Below, piece after piece: positions 21,171-37,544 of a stretch of DNA of 64,000 bases. Numbering within the stretch: position 1 is the first letter of the stretch; every line of letters begins with the position of its first letter. The stretch lies in NCBI RefSeq assembly GCF_009914755.1, contig NC_060925.1; one strand, given 5' to 3'. The translations under genes and the position numbers were made by a program. Under the pieces are notes generated by a model. The model saw only the letters and a program-made list of their open reading frames with translations, did not search any database and was not told where the DNA came from. The stretch is from the human T2T-CHM13v2.0 reference genome, Homo sapiens.

Positions 21171-21635
21171 ATTCTTCGCAAATGTAAATGTACAGAGTCA
21201 AATTTTCCCTATGCCTAGCGCAGTGCCTTGAACAGTATTAGCACAGATATAGACTGTTAATAATAAAAAGGAGGCTAAAAAACAAGAGTTTAAAACAATT
21301 CTTGGAGTGTTCACAGAATACCAGGGGGCAGAAGGATGAAGAATAACCTACAAAAGAGAAGCAAAAGCACCAAAGAGGAAAGAGAATCAGGGAAGTATAA
21401 CCCTGTGCTTTTAAGACACAGTTTTCACTAAGCTTTAGGCTTGTCAGGTAATACCTAAGTAGCTTTTGATTTGATTTTCCAAACCCTGTCTAAATTTCCT
21501 CCTTCACTGTGAAGTATTTGGTGGGTACAGAGTAGTTCCTTTTGTAAGCCTAAAATTAAAGACCTTCACTTAGGTAGTTTAAGTATACTTCAACTTTGAT
21601 TTTCTGTATATTGCATAATAATCATGAGTTACTGT

Positions 21636-22541
21636 TGTTACCAAAACACCAGGGGTTCCGTCTAGGTCCTGCTGCTTGTCACACAGAAAGCAATCTCTGA
21701 GACAATGAGTATTGCTAAGGAAGCCGGCTTTAATCAGGTGTTGCAGTCAAGGAGATGTCTCAGATCCATTTCCCTGACTGACTAAAATTAGGAGTTTATA
21801 TAGCAGGGAGAAAATGTGATTATCTATGGGAAAACAGGAACTACAGAGGGTTAAGGAAGCAATTGTGATGGATGAGAGGTCTGGCATCTCATTGTTTGGA
21901 TGCAGTGATCTGGTGAATTTCAGTTTATTTAATATTGTAAAAGGAAAATAAATCTTGAGGCCCCCAAATAACTAAGCTAAAGGTGAAAGTCAAGTTGGGA
22001 ACTGCTTAGGGCCAACCTGCCTCCCATTCTCTTCAAAGTCACCCCTCGGCTCACTGAGATAACCATTAATACATACCAGATTGCCTCATTTGGAGAAGCG
22101 AATCAGAAACTCAAAAGGATACAGCCATTTGTCTTTTAACTACCTGTGACCTGAAAGCCCCCTCCCCACGTCGAGTTGTCCCACCTTTCTGGACTGAACC
22201 AGTGTACATCTTACACGTATTTATTCATGTCTTATGTCTCCCTAAAATGTATAAAATCAAGCTGTGCCCCTACCACCTTGGGCACATGTTGTCAGGATCT
22301 CCTGAGGCTGTGTTACCGGTGCGGATCCTCAACCTTAGCAAAATGAACTTTCTAAAGTAACTAAGACCTGTCTCAGATATTCGGGGTTCACAATATTAAT
22401 ACTTTTTGAGAGGCCTGAGGGCCCTTTCCTGAAGAAGGAACTCTGATAAAACAAATGTTAAGTTTCAAGCTTTAATACCAGAAGGGTCAGTTTCCATGTT
22501 TATCCAAAAAAACTGTCCGTGGGACCATTGGGTCAGTTTCA
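21636..22541 (-). mobile_element. ERV1-class solo LTR (MER66-like), host of a nested LTR
   Basis: TG...CA termini; near-TSD ctgt/cttt; family from recall. Confidence 0.6.
21936..22392 (+). mobile_element. MER4A1-type solo LTR nested in the previous LTR
   Basis: tgtaaaaggaaaataaatcttg...ggggttcaca; 4-bp TSD ATAT. Confidence 0.8.
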
Positions 22542-23292
22542 CTTTTATTATCATGAAGACATTAAGAGCCTTACATCACTAAACCATGACTGGTTGACTG
22601 CTTTTGGGATGCCACTTTGCTCTGCACAGTGAGGATTCAGTGTCATGGGAAGGATCTAGGATGAAGTGTTTCCCAATCTTTTGCTTAGCACTCTACTGTT
22701 ATCTGAGGTATGGAAATATGTTTGGGAAATACACCCTCCTTCACTCTGCACTCCCCTCCCACCCCACCACTGTGTACCACTAGACTATGAGCTCCAGGAG
22801 GAAAGGGACTTGCTCACCATTGTAATCCAGCACATAGATGTATGTAAACCACTAAGAGGACGGCTGAGAAATAATAATCAAATTGGTTATTTCTGATAAG
22901 ATGGTTTTAATATTGTGGCTATTGTTAGGGGATGGCTAATGTGTTTTTGTTTATGCAGTACACATGTATTTGATTTCCAGGACTGGCTCATCTGAAGAAA
23001 ACCAAAATGTGGTACTTCTAATATGTACACCAAACTAAGAAATAAGTTATTCTGTCTCAAAAAGATCATTTGCTTATATTAAGGAAGATTATTTAAAATA
23101 CTTAAGATATCTGAATATATTTATAAATTCAGGAAATGTATTAAGCTGAGAAAAACATAAATTGTGAAATTTAAAGTACATTTGAATAGACCTTGCTGTG
23201 AGTGATCATGTGCTATTTTTGGGGGGTGGATTATTAGTGGATTGGTTATCCATGACTTTTCTTCTCAATACATTTCATAAAAATGTAAGAAC

Positions 23293-23694
<402 letters not shown>

Positions 23695-23758
23695 CTAAAA
23701 TCAAAGATTTGAATAATGTATAGTTGTTAGTTACCTGTTATAGTCTCTTATACTGAAT

Positions 23759-23956
23759 CTGTGTTGTCTAATTTGGTAGCCATTAACCACATGTAGCTAT
23801 TTTGATTTAAATTTAAATTAAGGCTTACAGTGGTTCTCACTTATAATCCTAGCACTGTGGGAGGCTGAGGCGGGAGGATTGCTTGATCCCAGGAATTTGA
23901 GAGCAGCCTGGGCAACATAGGGAGACCCCCATCTCTACCAAAAAAAAAAAAAAGTG

Positions 23957-24008
<52 letters not shown>

Positions 24009-24328
24009 CCGACTGTGGTGTGCCTATAGTTCCAGCTACACAAGAGGCTGAGGTGGGAGGATCAGTTGAGTCCAGGAGTTTGAGGCTGCAGTGAGCTATG
24101 ATCATGCCATGGCACTCTAGCCTAGGTGACAGAGTGAGACCCTGTCTCTTTAATACAAAAATTTTTTTGAATTAATTTAAATGAAATAAAATTAATGTAG
24201 TTTCTCAAAGTAGCCATATTTCAGTGGCTCAGTAGCCACACACATGTGGCTAGTGGTGGCTGTGTTGAACACTGCAAATAGAGAACCTTTTTTTCCGTTA
24301 TCACAGAAAGTTCTATTGCATAGCACTG
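23759..24328 (-). mobile_element. MER3 (hAT-Charlie) split by a sense AluJ (23822-24150)
   Basis: gtagccattaaccacatgtagcta ... acagaaagttctattgcatagcactg. Confidence 0.7.
23963..24004 (+). repeat. (TG)21 microsatellite in the AluJ linker
   Basis: Perfect dinucleotide run next to a poly-A tract. Confidence 0.95.
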
Positions 24329-24771
24329 TAGTATAAATTAATGACAATTACTACAAGATTTCACCAAGTTTATATATTCTGAAAGTTGGAGAATAGAGTG
24401 CAAGATATTTGTTCTCTGGAATTCTTAGGTGGGACCTTTTACAATGGTTAACCTGTCTGGTAGGGGACAGGAAACTTTTAAATTATAGAGTTCTTGCTGT
24501 GTCCTTATTTGTTGTTCACAACAGCCAGGCCAGGCAGTTAGTATTATCTCCGTTTTATCGATGAGATCAAACCTGTAAGAGGAACTGTAATTTGAACCAA
24601 GGTTTGTCTGACTTTACATCCTCTATTTTTTGTTCTTATTTTGGACTTTAGGGGTGTTGCTGAATGGATTATAATCCCTAGTTCATGGTGTATTGTCATT
24701 AGATATCAAAGACCCTTTTCTTCCTCACACTCCTAGGCAACCATTTTAATGTGTGTTTGATTTATCTTTTT

Positions 24772-24852
24772 TTAAAATTTTTTTTAAAGTGAAAGCAAGT
24801 TTATTAAGAAAGTAAGGGAATAAAGAATGGCTACTCCATAGGCAGAACAGCC
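24772..24852 (-). mobile_element. Retroposed polyadenylated ERV1-LTR R-region fragment (MER41/LTR19-like)
   Basis: 67-nt body with AATAAA 14 nt before an A-tail; 14-bp TSD TGATTTATCTTTTT at 24758-24771 and 24853-24866. Confidence 0.75.
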
Positions 24853-25521
24853 TGATTTATCTTTTTGTTTATTTTTGCAAAATACACCATTGTAGCTTCA
24901 AAACCGTTAATTTGACACTTACATGGATGGTACCGTATTATGTAATCTAATGTGAGATTTTCCTAATTTAGGATGCTGTTTGATGATTTAAACACCTAGC
25001 CTTTTCAAAAGTTTTGTGAAAAAAATCTTTTTACCTGGTGTTAGACTTTTTGGCCTTTGTCATCAGGGAAGTCTGAAGGAATCTCTCCTTTTCCTCTTTG
25101 CTTAGGGAGTATTGATAGAAGGATTATTTGTCCCTGAATGTTTGTAAATAATTTATATTACTTTTGTTTTCTTCATCATAGGTAGCCAGTGATTACTTCT
25201 CATACTTCTCACATGTTGTGTCCGAGCATTGTAGCTGCTTTTTTTTAATTGAAAGTTTTATTGTGCTAATTGTAGATTCATATACAGTTGTAAGAAATAA
25301 TGTAGGGAGATCCCTTGTACACTTTGCCTAAGTGCAGCTGCTTTTTATGCTTCTAATTTGTATATAGGCTTGCTGGGAAGGGGAGATGTGAACAAACTTG
25401 TTAGAATTATGTTAATTAAGTAAGAGTAAAGGCCAGATGCTTTTTCTTAAGAATGTAGTGAATATATGAACTTTAGCATGTGGACTTACTTTTAGCTGTT
25501 TTTTTGCTTAATTTTTAGTAT

Positions 25522-25920
25522 TGTTAAAATAACATTTTTAGCCAAATTAAATTTAACAGAGTTTAATTGAGCAAAGAATGATTCACAAATTGGTCAGCCT
25601 CCTCAGCCAGTGTAGGTCCAGAGAGACTCCAGCGCAACCATGTGGTGGAAGATTTATGGACAGAAAAAGGAAAGTGATGTACAGAAAAGGAAACTGAAAC
25701 AGCTGTATTGGTTCCAACTAAGCATTTGCCTTATTTGAACACTGTTTGAACAGTTGGCTCTCTTTGGCCAAAACTTGGTGATTGGCGCCAGAGTAGGTTA
25801 CAGTCTTTACACATCTATTTACATATCTATTTCTCTTTCATTATGTACAGAGAAACTTTTAGGCCAAACTTAAAATATGTAGCCTAAGGGAGGTAACTTT
25901 AGGTTAAACTTGATTTAACA
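25522..25920 (-). mobile_element. MER57B-type solo LTR
   Basis: TGTTAAA...TTTAACA termini; 4-bp TSD GTAT; ends 176 bp before exon 2. Confidence 0.8.
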
Positions 25921-26096
25921 GTATGAATTTCAGATAGTGAAGTTATTATATAGCTGAGTTTTGGATAAATGATATAGTGTTTATTTTTTTAAGCAAATTG
26001 AATTTTTCATACAAATACTATTGGAAGTTAATTATACAAATATGAAATCTTAAATTTTGATAATGATTAGAGATTTCTATGTATGTTTTGTTTTAG

Positions 26097-26132
26097 GTTG
26101 TTTCACGAAGAAATCCAGAGGATGTCCAGGAG
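26097..26132 (+). CDS. RPS6KC1: RPS6KC1 exon 2 (36 nt, VVSRRNPEDVQE, phase 0-0)
   Basis: Acceptor gttttgttttag, donor GAG|gtaaca; continues the frame of exon 1. Confidence 0.93.
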
Positions 26133-26229
26133 GTAACATTTATATGAAGATTTTATTTTATGTATTTGATAAAAATTTAACTAAATGCTTTTTTGAGGAA
26201 ATTGCCTGAATCATTTGTACATCAACCTC

Positions 26230-26519
<290 letters not shown>

Positions 26520-27464
26520 TGTACATCAGTCTTTATATGTTTGCGTGAAGATTGTCTTCATTTCACAAAACAGTAGCTGAAGTGTCCTATTTGAGACCTA
26601 CTAAGTAATTGTTAAGTTTTAGTAGGTGTTAAGTTATATAAATAAGAATTTAATGAATTATGGTGCTGTTTACTAAGTGATCATTGTTCTGGTAACTAGT
26701 GTTTACAAGATTTCAGTATCACTTAAGGGCCCCTATTTACCCATTTCAAGATCATAATGCCTGTGTAATAAAAAGTATTTGGTAACTAATATTTATTTTA
26801 AAGATTCTAACAGTAAATTATGGGTCTCTGCCTACTTTCACTTTTAGATTGAATTGACATGTTGACATCTTGGAAAACTGCTTTAGGCATAGATATTTCT
26901 TTTTTTTTAAACTTTAAGTTAGTAAGTTCTTTTGCAGATTCTTCTGTGCATTTTTTCATTTTTTTTCCTTCTTTCTATAATGGTACCAGCCTGTTATGTT
27001 TTGCTTAAAATTGTGGAATTCTCTATTTGTATTTACTTTGTGCTTGTTGTGTATCTTTAGGAATCCTTACTGAGGAGCTTGCTGCTTTGAATGTTTCTTG
27101 ATTTATTTTCATTTTAGTCCCTGCTCAATTTCACTAAGACTAGAAGGACATATATCAGGATTTTTTCCGCCTCCCTAATGTGTTTAAAACAGATACTTTA
27201 AGTTTACAGTCCTGATTCTGCAACAGTATTGTTTTTTTTTTTTCCACAATTAAATATGAATGTCTTTGGGTGGTAGGTTGTTTCTGTTTAGCCACGGGTC
27301 CCACTACTCTACAGAAAATACCTGGCTTGATTCATACATTTAAGGTGACTGTTTGGTACTGGTTGATATGAGTGTATGGCCCCAGGTTTAGATAATATTT
27401 AAATTTTATACATTATCATTTCTGGCTATGTCTGATTTCATAGTTGTTTTTGTCCTATGATTTA

Positions 27465-27692
<228 letters not shown>

Positions 27693-28716
27693 TCATTCCC
27701 TACCAGGAAACAGAAAGAATATTGTAATATTGTTATTTTGAAAGAAAAAAATGTATACATACATATATATGTATCAGTGAAAGTAATTTGCACCATTGAT
27801 TAAAGTACTTTTCTGTCTTTACTTGTATCAATTGATGAGTGTGAACTATTCTTTAGATTTCTAGTTTACAACTCTTAAAATTGAAAATGGGTGTATTTCC
27901 TTTGAATGCATTGTCTGATTGCTGTGCTGTAGTTTGTAGCTTGATGTTCCCATTTTCCAGGGAGAATCCTGAACCAACCTATCCATGAACATACTCTCTG
28001 CCATTTTCTTAGTCCTTTTTTCGGGAAAACTCTTTTATAATAACAACTGTTGGTGAACCATTCATCTGAAAACTCTTGTAAGTGTCTTTTAGTTAGACAA
28101 TTGCATGGTTCTTTGTTAGAAGTGGTATAAATTTTTAAAAGTTTTCTATTTAGTTGGCTTCTTAAAATATAGAATAATCTTGAAATTATAACAGTACTTT
28201 TTTTAGTTTCCCACTTAGTGTATTTAAACATTAGAATTCTCATTTGGGAGAGGAATTCACCACTTAGAGTTTGTTTTTCACTTCCTTTCACTTTCCCTCT
28301 CCATTAACTTATTCATTTGTTACTGCTTTAGACTATATAGTAAAGCTTCACAAGGGCTATTGAGGACTAGATGTACTGATAGTTTAACAAAATGTAGGGC
28401 TAGTAATACGCTAGCCTTATAAAATAGGAGAAATTTTGTTGTTTTTCTTTTATATATACCTTGGCACATGCCACCACATCAGTGTTTTCTTCCTAAGAAT
28501 GCTAAAAGATCTGTGGCCTGTCATTCAGTAGATTGTGTAGAACATGAATAGACAGCAGAAAAGTGAAGAAGAGATGGTTTTGCTCCCCCTCACCCTTTTT
28601 TAAACAAATTAACCTGTACCTGTTTCTCTCTACAGGTAGGATATTTCACTGGTGAAATTTGGGAAAGGAAAAGAACTGAAACAGGACTTTCTATGTATTA
28701 TGTCAGAAATCTCTAA

Positions 28717-29050
<334 letters not shown>

Positions 29051-29893
29051 GAAAAAATCATTTTAGAAAATAGGTACACACTCAGAAATATATCGGGAAA
29101 GGAAAGGCTCTTGAAAAGAGGGAAAATAAAATCCATAAGCAAATAGTGTGGTAGTGATGTTGGTTGTAAGAAGAGATAATCCAGCAAATTTTAAATATTA
29201 AAACTATGTGAGCGTGAAAAGGACAAAGTTAATTCAATTGGTGGTTCTGTAAAATACAGGAATCTAAAAAGTTTTTGGTGTTATTAAGTGTAATTATCTG
29301 AAAAGGAAACATTTATGTAGAAAATATTTAAGGGAATGTTTTTAAAATTAAGCTTTTATTTGTATGTTTTATATGGTTGTCACTGAATTAATATTTCATT
29401 GAGACATTTTCTTCAGAGTGACTTTAATAAATAAGAAACTTATGGAGACTTGGTTCAATAAAGAAAGAGGTTGTTATAGACCTATTTTTTCAATGGGAAA
29501 GTATTGAACATTAATTAGAGAAAATAATTTCTAAATGTGTCTCTGAGGACTTTGTGTAGTCCAGATATGAACATCAGTACTTGCTGTTGTAGTGGAAGTA
29601 TATCTTTGTTCACTTTTGTATTTTGAAGATTTCTGGAAACCTCAGAACTTAGAAGGAGTAAGAAGAAAAGGAGGCAGTGGATGTGACATTTTGCGATGCT
29701 GTTAGGTATTTTGGTTCTGCAGCCCTAGAGTTGAGAAGAAGGAATATAGGATTGAATAAATTAGGGCATGGTGAAGAAACACAGATTCTCACCTGGGGGG
29801 TTCTAATTCTTGCTCTGACAGACTATCTACTGGTTCATATACCATGGTATTTTAATAATTATTATGATTAAATTGTTAAATTTTGCTCCTTAA

Positions 29894-30241
<348 letters not shown>

Positions 30242-31906
30242 TAGAATAAAAATTTTATCTGCAAATCTAATTGTTTCCATGAGCTACAGTCTTTTGAATA
30301 ACTCATGTCCAGGTCATAATGACCTTAACCTTACGTAATGTCCAGTTTATAATGACATTTACCTTATATAAGGTACTGCTTACATAAGCCCATCAACCAT
30401 TTCTCCTTTAATTCCTTGGCAATGTCGTATGATTGTAATTTGATATATTTTTAAAATATAAAAATAACAATTTTTTGTTCCCATCATTTCATTGTTAGAA
30501 TCCTCACATCTCACTGCGTATGCTGAGAAACCTTTCCTGAGTGATTACTGCCTATCTGCTACTGATCTTTTAATCTACAAGCTAATAGATCCTGCTCAGT
30601 TTTTGCTCTTCAACCCTAAACCTATCTCACTGAACAGCTCCAAGCAGCTCCCTCACGAGCTCCTAAGTCAAATGTGTTGAAAATTGAACCTCTTTCTTGC
30701 CTCAGAACTGCTGCTGCTTCCTTAGTGTTCACTTCAGGGCATGGCACCACCATTCTGTAGCAAAACTTGCTACACAGCTATTTATTCTTCAGTGTTCTTC
30801 AGTTTATTTATCATTTTAGGCAAATACTGAGTATGTACTTTTGTTTAAAAATTGCCTAAATTAATTGTCTTCATTTAGTAATACATACTTAGCATCTCAC
30901 TCTTCTTTTAGAAACTTCACCCCCGGTGCCCTCCCCTTTTATTTTATTTTTGTCAGTCTACTGACCACTTCCCTTCAGGACTCTCTAAGGTAGTACTTTT
31001 TGTGAAGCCTTCTCAGACATACAAGGCTGATTTAGGTACTACATCTACAGCACTCTTGGACTGCCCCTCTCAGCATTTTTCAAGCCGTCTTATGATGATG
31101 TTGTCTTGTGATGTGTTGGCTTATTCTTCCTAACTAGACTGTGAACTCTTTGAAGGCAGGACCTGTATTTCCCTTCTCTTCATACTTTGTAAGAATATGA
31201 TGCTTAGTGGAAAGTAGGGCCATAGAAATATTTGTTTGGTGACTCTTTTTGTTGTTGAGTAAATGAACAGGGAACATCAGGAGGAACAAGGGAAGCATCA
31301 GGAGGAAGCAGTTTTTAAAAATTAATTCATATTATAGTCTGCCTAGCCTCCTAGGATTATAACTGTATTAAAAACAATAAACATTAATTAAGGTAGAATT
31401 TTTGGCAGCATGAAAAAGTTTGCTGAAGAGTTTTATACATACAGAGGGTAGGTTTTTTGGCAGGAATCTCTTAAATCACACCTGGTTACCTGCTTGACCT
31501 GTTATTTGCTCATTAGCATTATACTCTATTGTATATGAAAAACTTGTTAGAAAACTTTGTTAGAACTGAGATGATTAAGTTTTTCAGAAGACCCCAGTAT
31601 CTGAAGTAATGGGATTTAAAACTCAATTTTACTCTATTTTCTAGAGATTGAGGGGCTGAATCTGTGATATCAAGGCCATGTTTCAAATCCTTTTTCTTTA
31701 CAAAGTGGTTTTTTTTTTTAGATATAATCTGAGTAAGGTTAAATAATAATTCAGACTAATGAAGGAAAACACACTTTTTTACATGTCGTCTAATCTAGAT
31801 GATATTTTGTTTTTTAAAAATATACTAATTTTAATGATGTTCTGGTCAGGATTCAGCTTGCCTGCAGACATCTTATTACTAGTGTGAATTAAGATTTATG
31901 ACATGA

Positions 31907-32312
<406 letters not shown>

Positions 32313-32786
32313 TAAATTAATTATTTTGTCTTTATAAATACATTATTTTGAGAAAGGATACATGTTTTGACATCTAACTCATTTGCAGGCCAATTGTAAT
32401 TGGTTTTTGAAGAGATGAAGTGACATTTTATATAGTATAAATCTTCTCCATACTGGGTTGAATATTTTTCCAGTATGAATAAAACCATACTTGTTTAAAA
32501 TGAAAATTTGAAACCAAAACAGAATAGTTTGAGGAAGAATTGCCGCTTTATATGTAATATATTTTTACTTTATTTTATTTTATATTATTTTCCTGGTCAG
32601 CAGGAATCTGCCTTATATTTTTAAAGCAAATATTATTAGTTAATTTCAGTCAGTTAATCATATTGTTTAGGACATGTGTTTGCCTTTGCATGACAATTTT
32701 GAACACTTTAATGAAAGGATTATTTGTTGTTCAGATATCTGAACCTAAATGGTTATGAGATACATGTTTAATTTTTTTCTCTCTAG

Positions 32787-32907
32787 ATAATTGTATGGAA
32801 GAGATACAGTGATTTTAAGAAACTACACAAAGAACTATGGCAAATTCACAAAAACTTATTCCGACATTCAGAGTTGTTTCCTCCATTTGCTAAAGGAATA
32901 GTGTTTG
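32787..32907 (+). CDS. RPS6KC1: RPS6KC1 exon 3 (121 nt, IIVWKRYSDFKKLHKELWQIHKNLFRHSELFPPFAKGIVF-G)
   Basis: Acceptor tttttttctctctag, donor TTG|gtaagt; PX-domain (R/K)RYS(D/E)F motif and Pro-rich loop. Confidence 0.96.
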
Positions 32908-33503
32908 GTAAGTGATTATTTTGAAATTGTAATTTAAAAAAATAATTAATTTTGTATATATACTGAACTCTAACATAACTACACTATGAAGTCAGAAGCC
33001 CTTTTACTTATTGAGATAATTCATATTGTTCAACAGCACTTGAAATTGTCTTTTCTTGTTCTTGTTATAGTTTTGTGTACCCAGAATATATTTACTCTTC
33101 CTATCTATGAAACAAAACAACTTCAGTTCCAACCAACCAAATAAAAAACCCTGTAGGAACATAAGAAAAGGTGATATTCAGTTATTCTTATAGTTTTAAA
33201 ATTCTTTCTTTTTTTAAATTAAGTCTCATTTTGTATGTTTCCCTGACACTTTGCTTATAGTATGAATGGTGTGGTTTTCTAGTATTTGCTTCTTGCAACT
33301 TCTTTTTGATACCTTAGTATTCTTTTTTTTTTTTTTTTGCCTCATCAGTTTTCAAATACCTAGGTAACAGTATTTTATATTAAAGTTTCTGTGTCAAAAT
33401 AATTGGTGTAGTTTCTGTCCCCTGTCTGGATTTTGACTGGAAGTATAGAATATTCATGTTTTTTTTCTATAACTCTAACGTAAATGTTCTTATATGGACA
33501 GAA

Positions 33504-33794
33504 TTTTTTTGAAATGGAGTCTCATTCTGTCACCTAGGCTGGAGTATAGTGGCACGATCTTGGCTTACTGCAGCCTCCACCTCCTGGGTTCAAGTGATTC
33601 TCCCGCCTCAGCCTCCTGAGTAGTTGGGATTACAGGCGTCTGCCACCACACCTGGCTAATTTTTGTATTTTTAGTAGAGATGAGGTTTCACCATGTTGGC
33701 CAGGCTGGTCTCAAACTACTGACCTCAAGTGGTCCGCCCGCCTTGACCTCCCAAAGTGCTGGGATTACAGGCATGAGCCACTGTGCCCGGGCCA
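33504..33794 (-). mobile_element. AluS
   Basis: Full dimer. Confidence 0.9.
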
Positions 33795-34509
33795 GAACAT
33801 TTTATCCTATTACTTTTTGCAACCAATTTCTGCATATGTAATTGCAGAGTCAAGGTATATGCACATTTATTTTTCAAACTAGACAATTTTTTTTCAGGTT
33901 ATGAAAGTAGTATATGCAAATAACTCAGGTGGTACAGAAAAATACTTAAAACGTAAAGAGAAATTCAGCAATAATACCATCTCCTAGATAGTATAATATT
34001 TTGGCATATTATTCTAGACTCTGTATCAGTGTGTGTGTATGGTGTATTTTTGTGCTTATTAATATGTATATGCCTTTTTACCCATCTATGTATAGAAACC
34101 TCAAAAATGGAATCTTGCTATGTATGATTTTGTAACCTGGTTTTATATAACAGTATATATATTTTTTCTTTATTTTTTATATGACAGTATATTATGATTG
34201 TCTTTTCATGTCAATAAAAAGATCTACATTACTAATTTTAATATGTACATAGTATTCCAGTTTTTGAACTGATTTATTAACCAATCTTTTACTGGTATAT
34301 TACTTTTGGCCTTTTGCTGTTACAAATAACACTGCAGTTACTATTCTTGTTCATACATTACTGTGCAGGTGTACAGTAGGGTGAATTCCTGGGAGAAGAA
34401 TTACTCAGTCAAGGGGTCTGCATATTTTTGAGACTTTTGATGCATATTGTCTCATTGTTTTAAATAATTGTAACATCATTTTCCTTTATACATTGGAATA
34501 ACTTTTAAA

Positions 34510-35955
<1,446 letters not shown>

Positions 35956-36240
35956 TTATTAACGTTATTATGACAGAGCAAATATTGTTCATTATAACAC
36001 CAGGTGGTATACCACAATTACATTTTGTTCTGCAAGGTTCAATTGTTACAATTACTGTGCCAACATAAGAAAAATGTGTAAGTGAAGTCTCTGTTTTCCT
36101 TATACTACATCAGGGAATTGAAATCATGCCACATTTTAGTTTGCTAAATATTTGGACCATGCCTTTTGTGATAGCCAGCCTCCAAGATAGCCTCCTATGA
36201 TTCTTTTCTCCTGGTATTCACACCTTTGTGTCTTCCCTTC

Positions 36241-36637
36241 TGTCTTAGTCTGTGTAGTGTTGCTACAAAGGAATACCCGGGGCTGGGTAACTTATAAAGA
36301 AAAGAGGTTTATTTGGCTCATGGTTTTACAGGAGATAAAAGATGCATGGGGCCTCCATCTGCATCTAGGAAGGACCTCAGATTGCTTCCACTCATGGCAG
36401 AAGGGGAATGAGAGGCCACCACATGACGAGAGAAGGAAACGAGAGAGAGGAGGAGGTGCCAGGCTTTTTCCAACAGGTTTAGTTCACGGGAACTAAGAGT
36501 GAGAACCAGCAAGCCACTCATGAGACATCCATTCCCGTGATCCAAACACCTCACACCAGGCCTCACCTTGAACGTTGGGGATCAAATTTCAACATGAGAC
36601 TTGATGGGGTCAGACACACCATATCCAAACCATAGCA
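36241..36637 (-). mobile_element. MSTB-type MaLR solo LTR nested in the MLT1F LTR
   Basis: TG...CA termini; 5-bp TSD CCTTC at 36236-36240 and 36638-36642. Confidence 0.82.
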
Positions 36638-37229
36638 CCTTCCCAGATTGTACTAGGGTTGGTCTGTGTGACCAATAACAAAAGTGATGGTATATCTCAT
36701 TCCTGAGATTTATTTATAAAAGACTGTGGCATCTCTCTTAAGGTTTTTTTTTTTTTTTTCCTTTCTCTTTCTCATAACTTGCCCTGAGGGATACCAGCTT
36801 TTCCTATGGTTAAGAACATTCTGGTAGCCTATGAAGAGGCCCACATGGTGAGGAACAGGGGCATCCAGCCAAAAACTAGTAAGCATGAAGCCTGCCACAG
36901 CCATGTGAATGAACTTAGGAGCAGATTCTCCAGTCCCAGTTGAACTTTGAGATGACTACAGCGTTGAATGACAGTTAACAGCAATTTCATGAGGGGCCTG
37001 AGCTAGAGCCACCCAGCCAAGCCACTTTTGAATTCCTGACCCTCAGAGACTGAGTGAGATAGTAAATGTTTCTTGTAAGCTACCATGTTTTGGGATAATT
37101 TGTTACCCAGCAATAACTACTTAATAGACTTTGTAACAAAACTGAAAATGTGGAGTGGTTTTGAAATGAGCTATGGGCTTTGAGGAGTGTTGGTGAGTGC
37201 CTGAAGTGCCTTGAAGAAGTGATTAATTG

Positions 37230-37544
37230 GGCCCGGCACGGTGGCTCATGCCTGTAATCCCAGCACTTTGGGAGGCGTAGTCGGGCAGATCACGAGGTCA
37301 GGAAATCGAAACCATCCTGGCTAACACATTGAAACCCCGTCTCTACTAAAAATACAAAAAAGAAAAAAAAAATTAGCCAGGCGTGGTGGCAGGTGCCTGT
37401 AGTCCCAACTACTCAGGCGGCTGAGGCAGGAGAATGGCATGAACCTGGGAGGCAGAGTTTGCAGTGAGCTGAGATCGTGTCACTGCACTCTAGCCTGGGC
37501 GACAGAGCGAGACTCCATCCCAAAAAAATAAATAATAAAAAAAA
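37230..37544 (+). mobile_element. AluY-like (sense) in the MaLR internal region
   Basis: TSD aag(a/t)agtgatta(a/g)ttgg. Confidence 0.9.

Noticed and set aside
25160-25190. Another AG|GT after a pyrimidine tract in intron 1
   Set aside because: The regenerated donor CGG|GTAGCC is weak and no clear downstream donor was found
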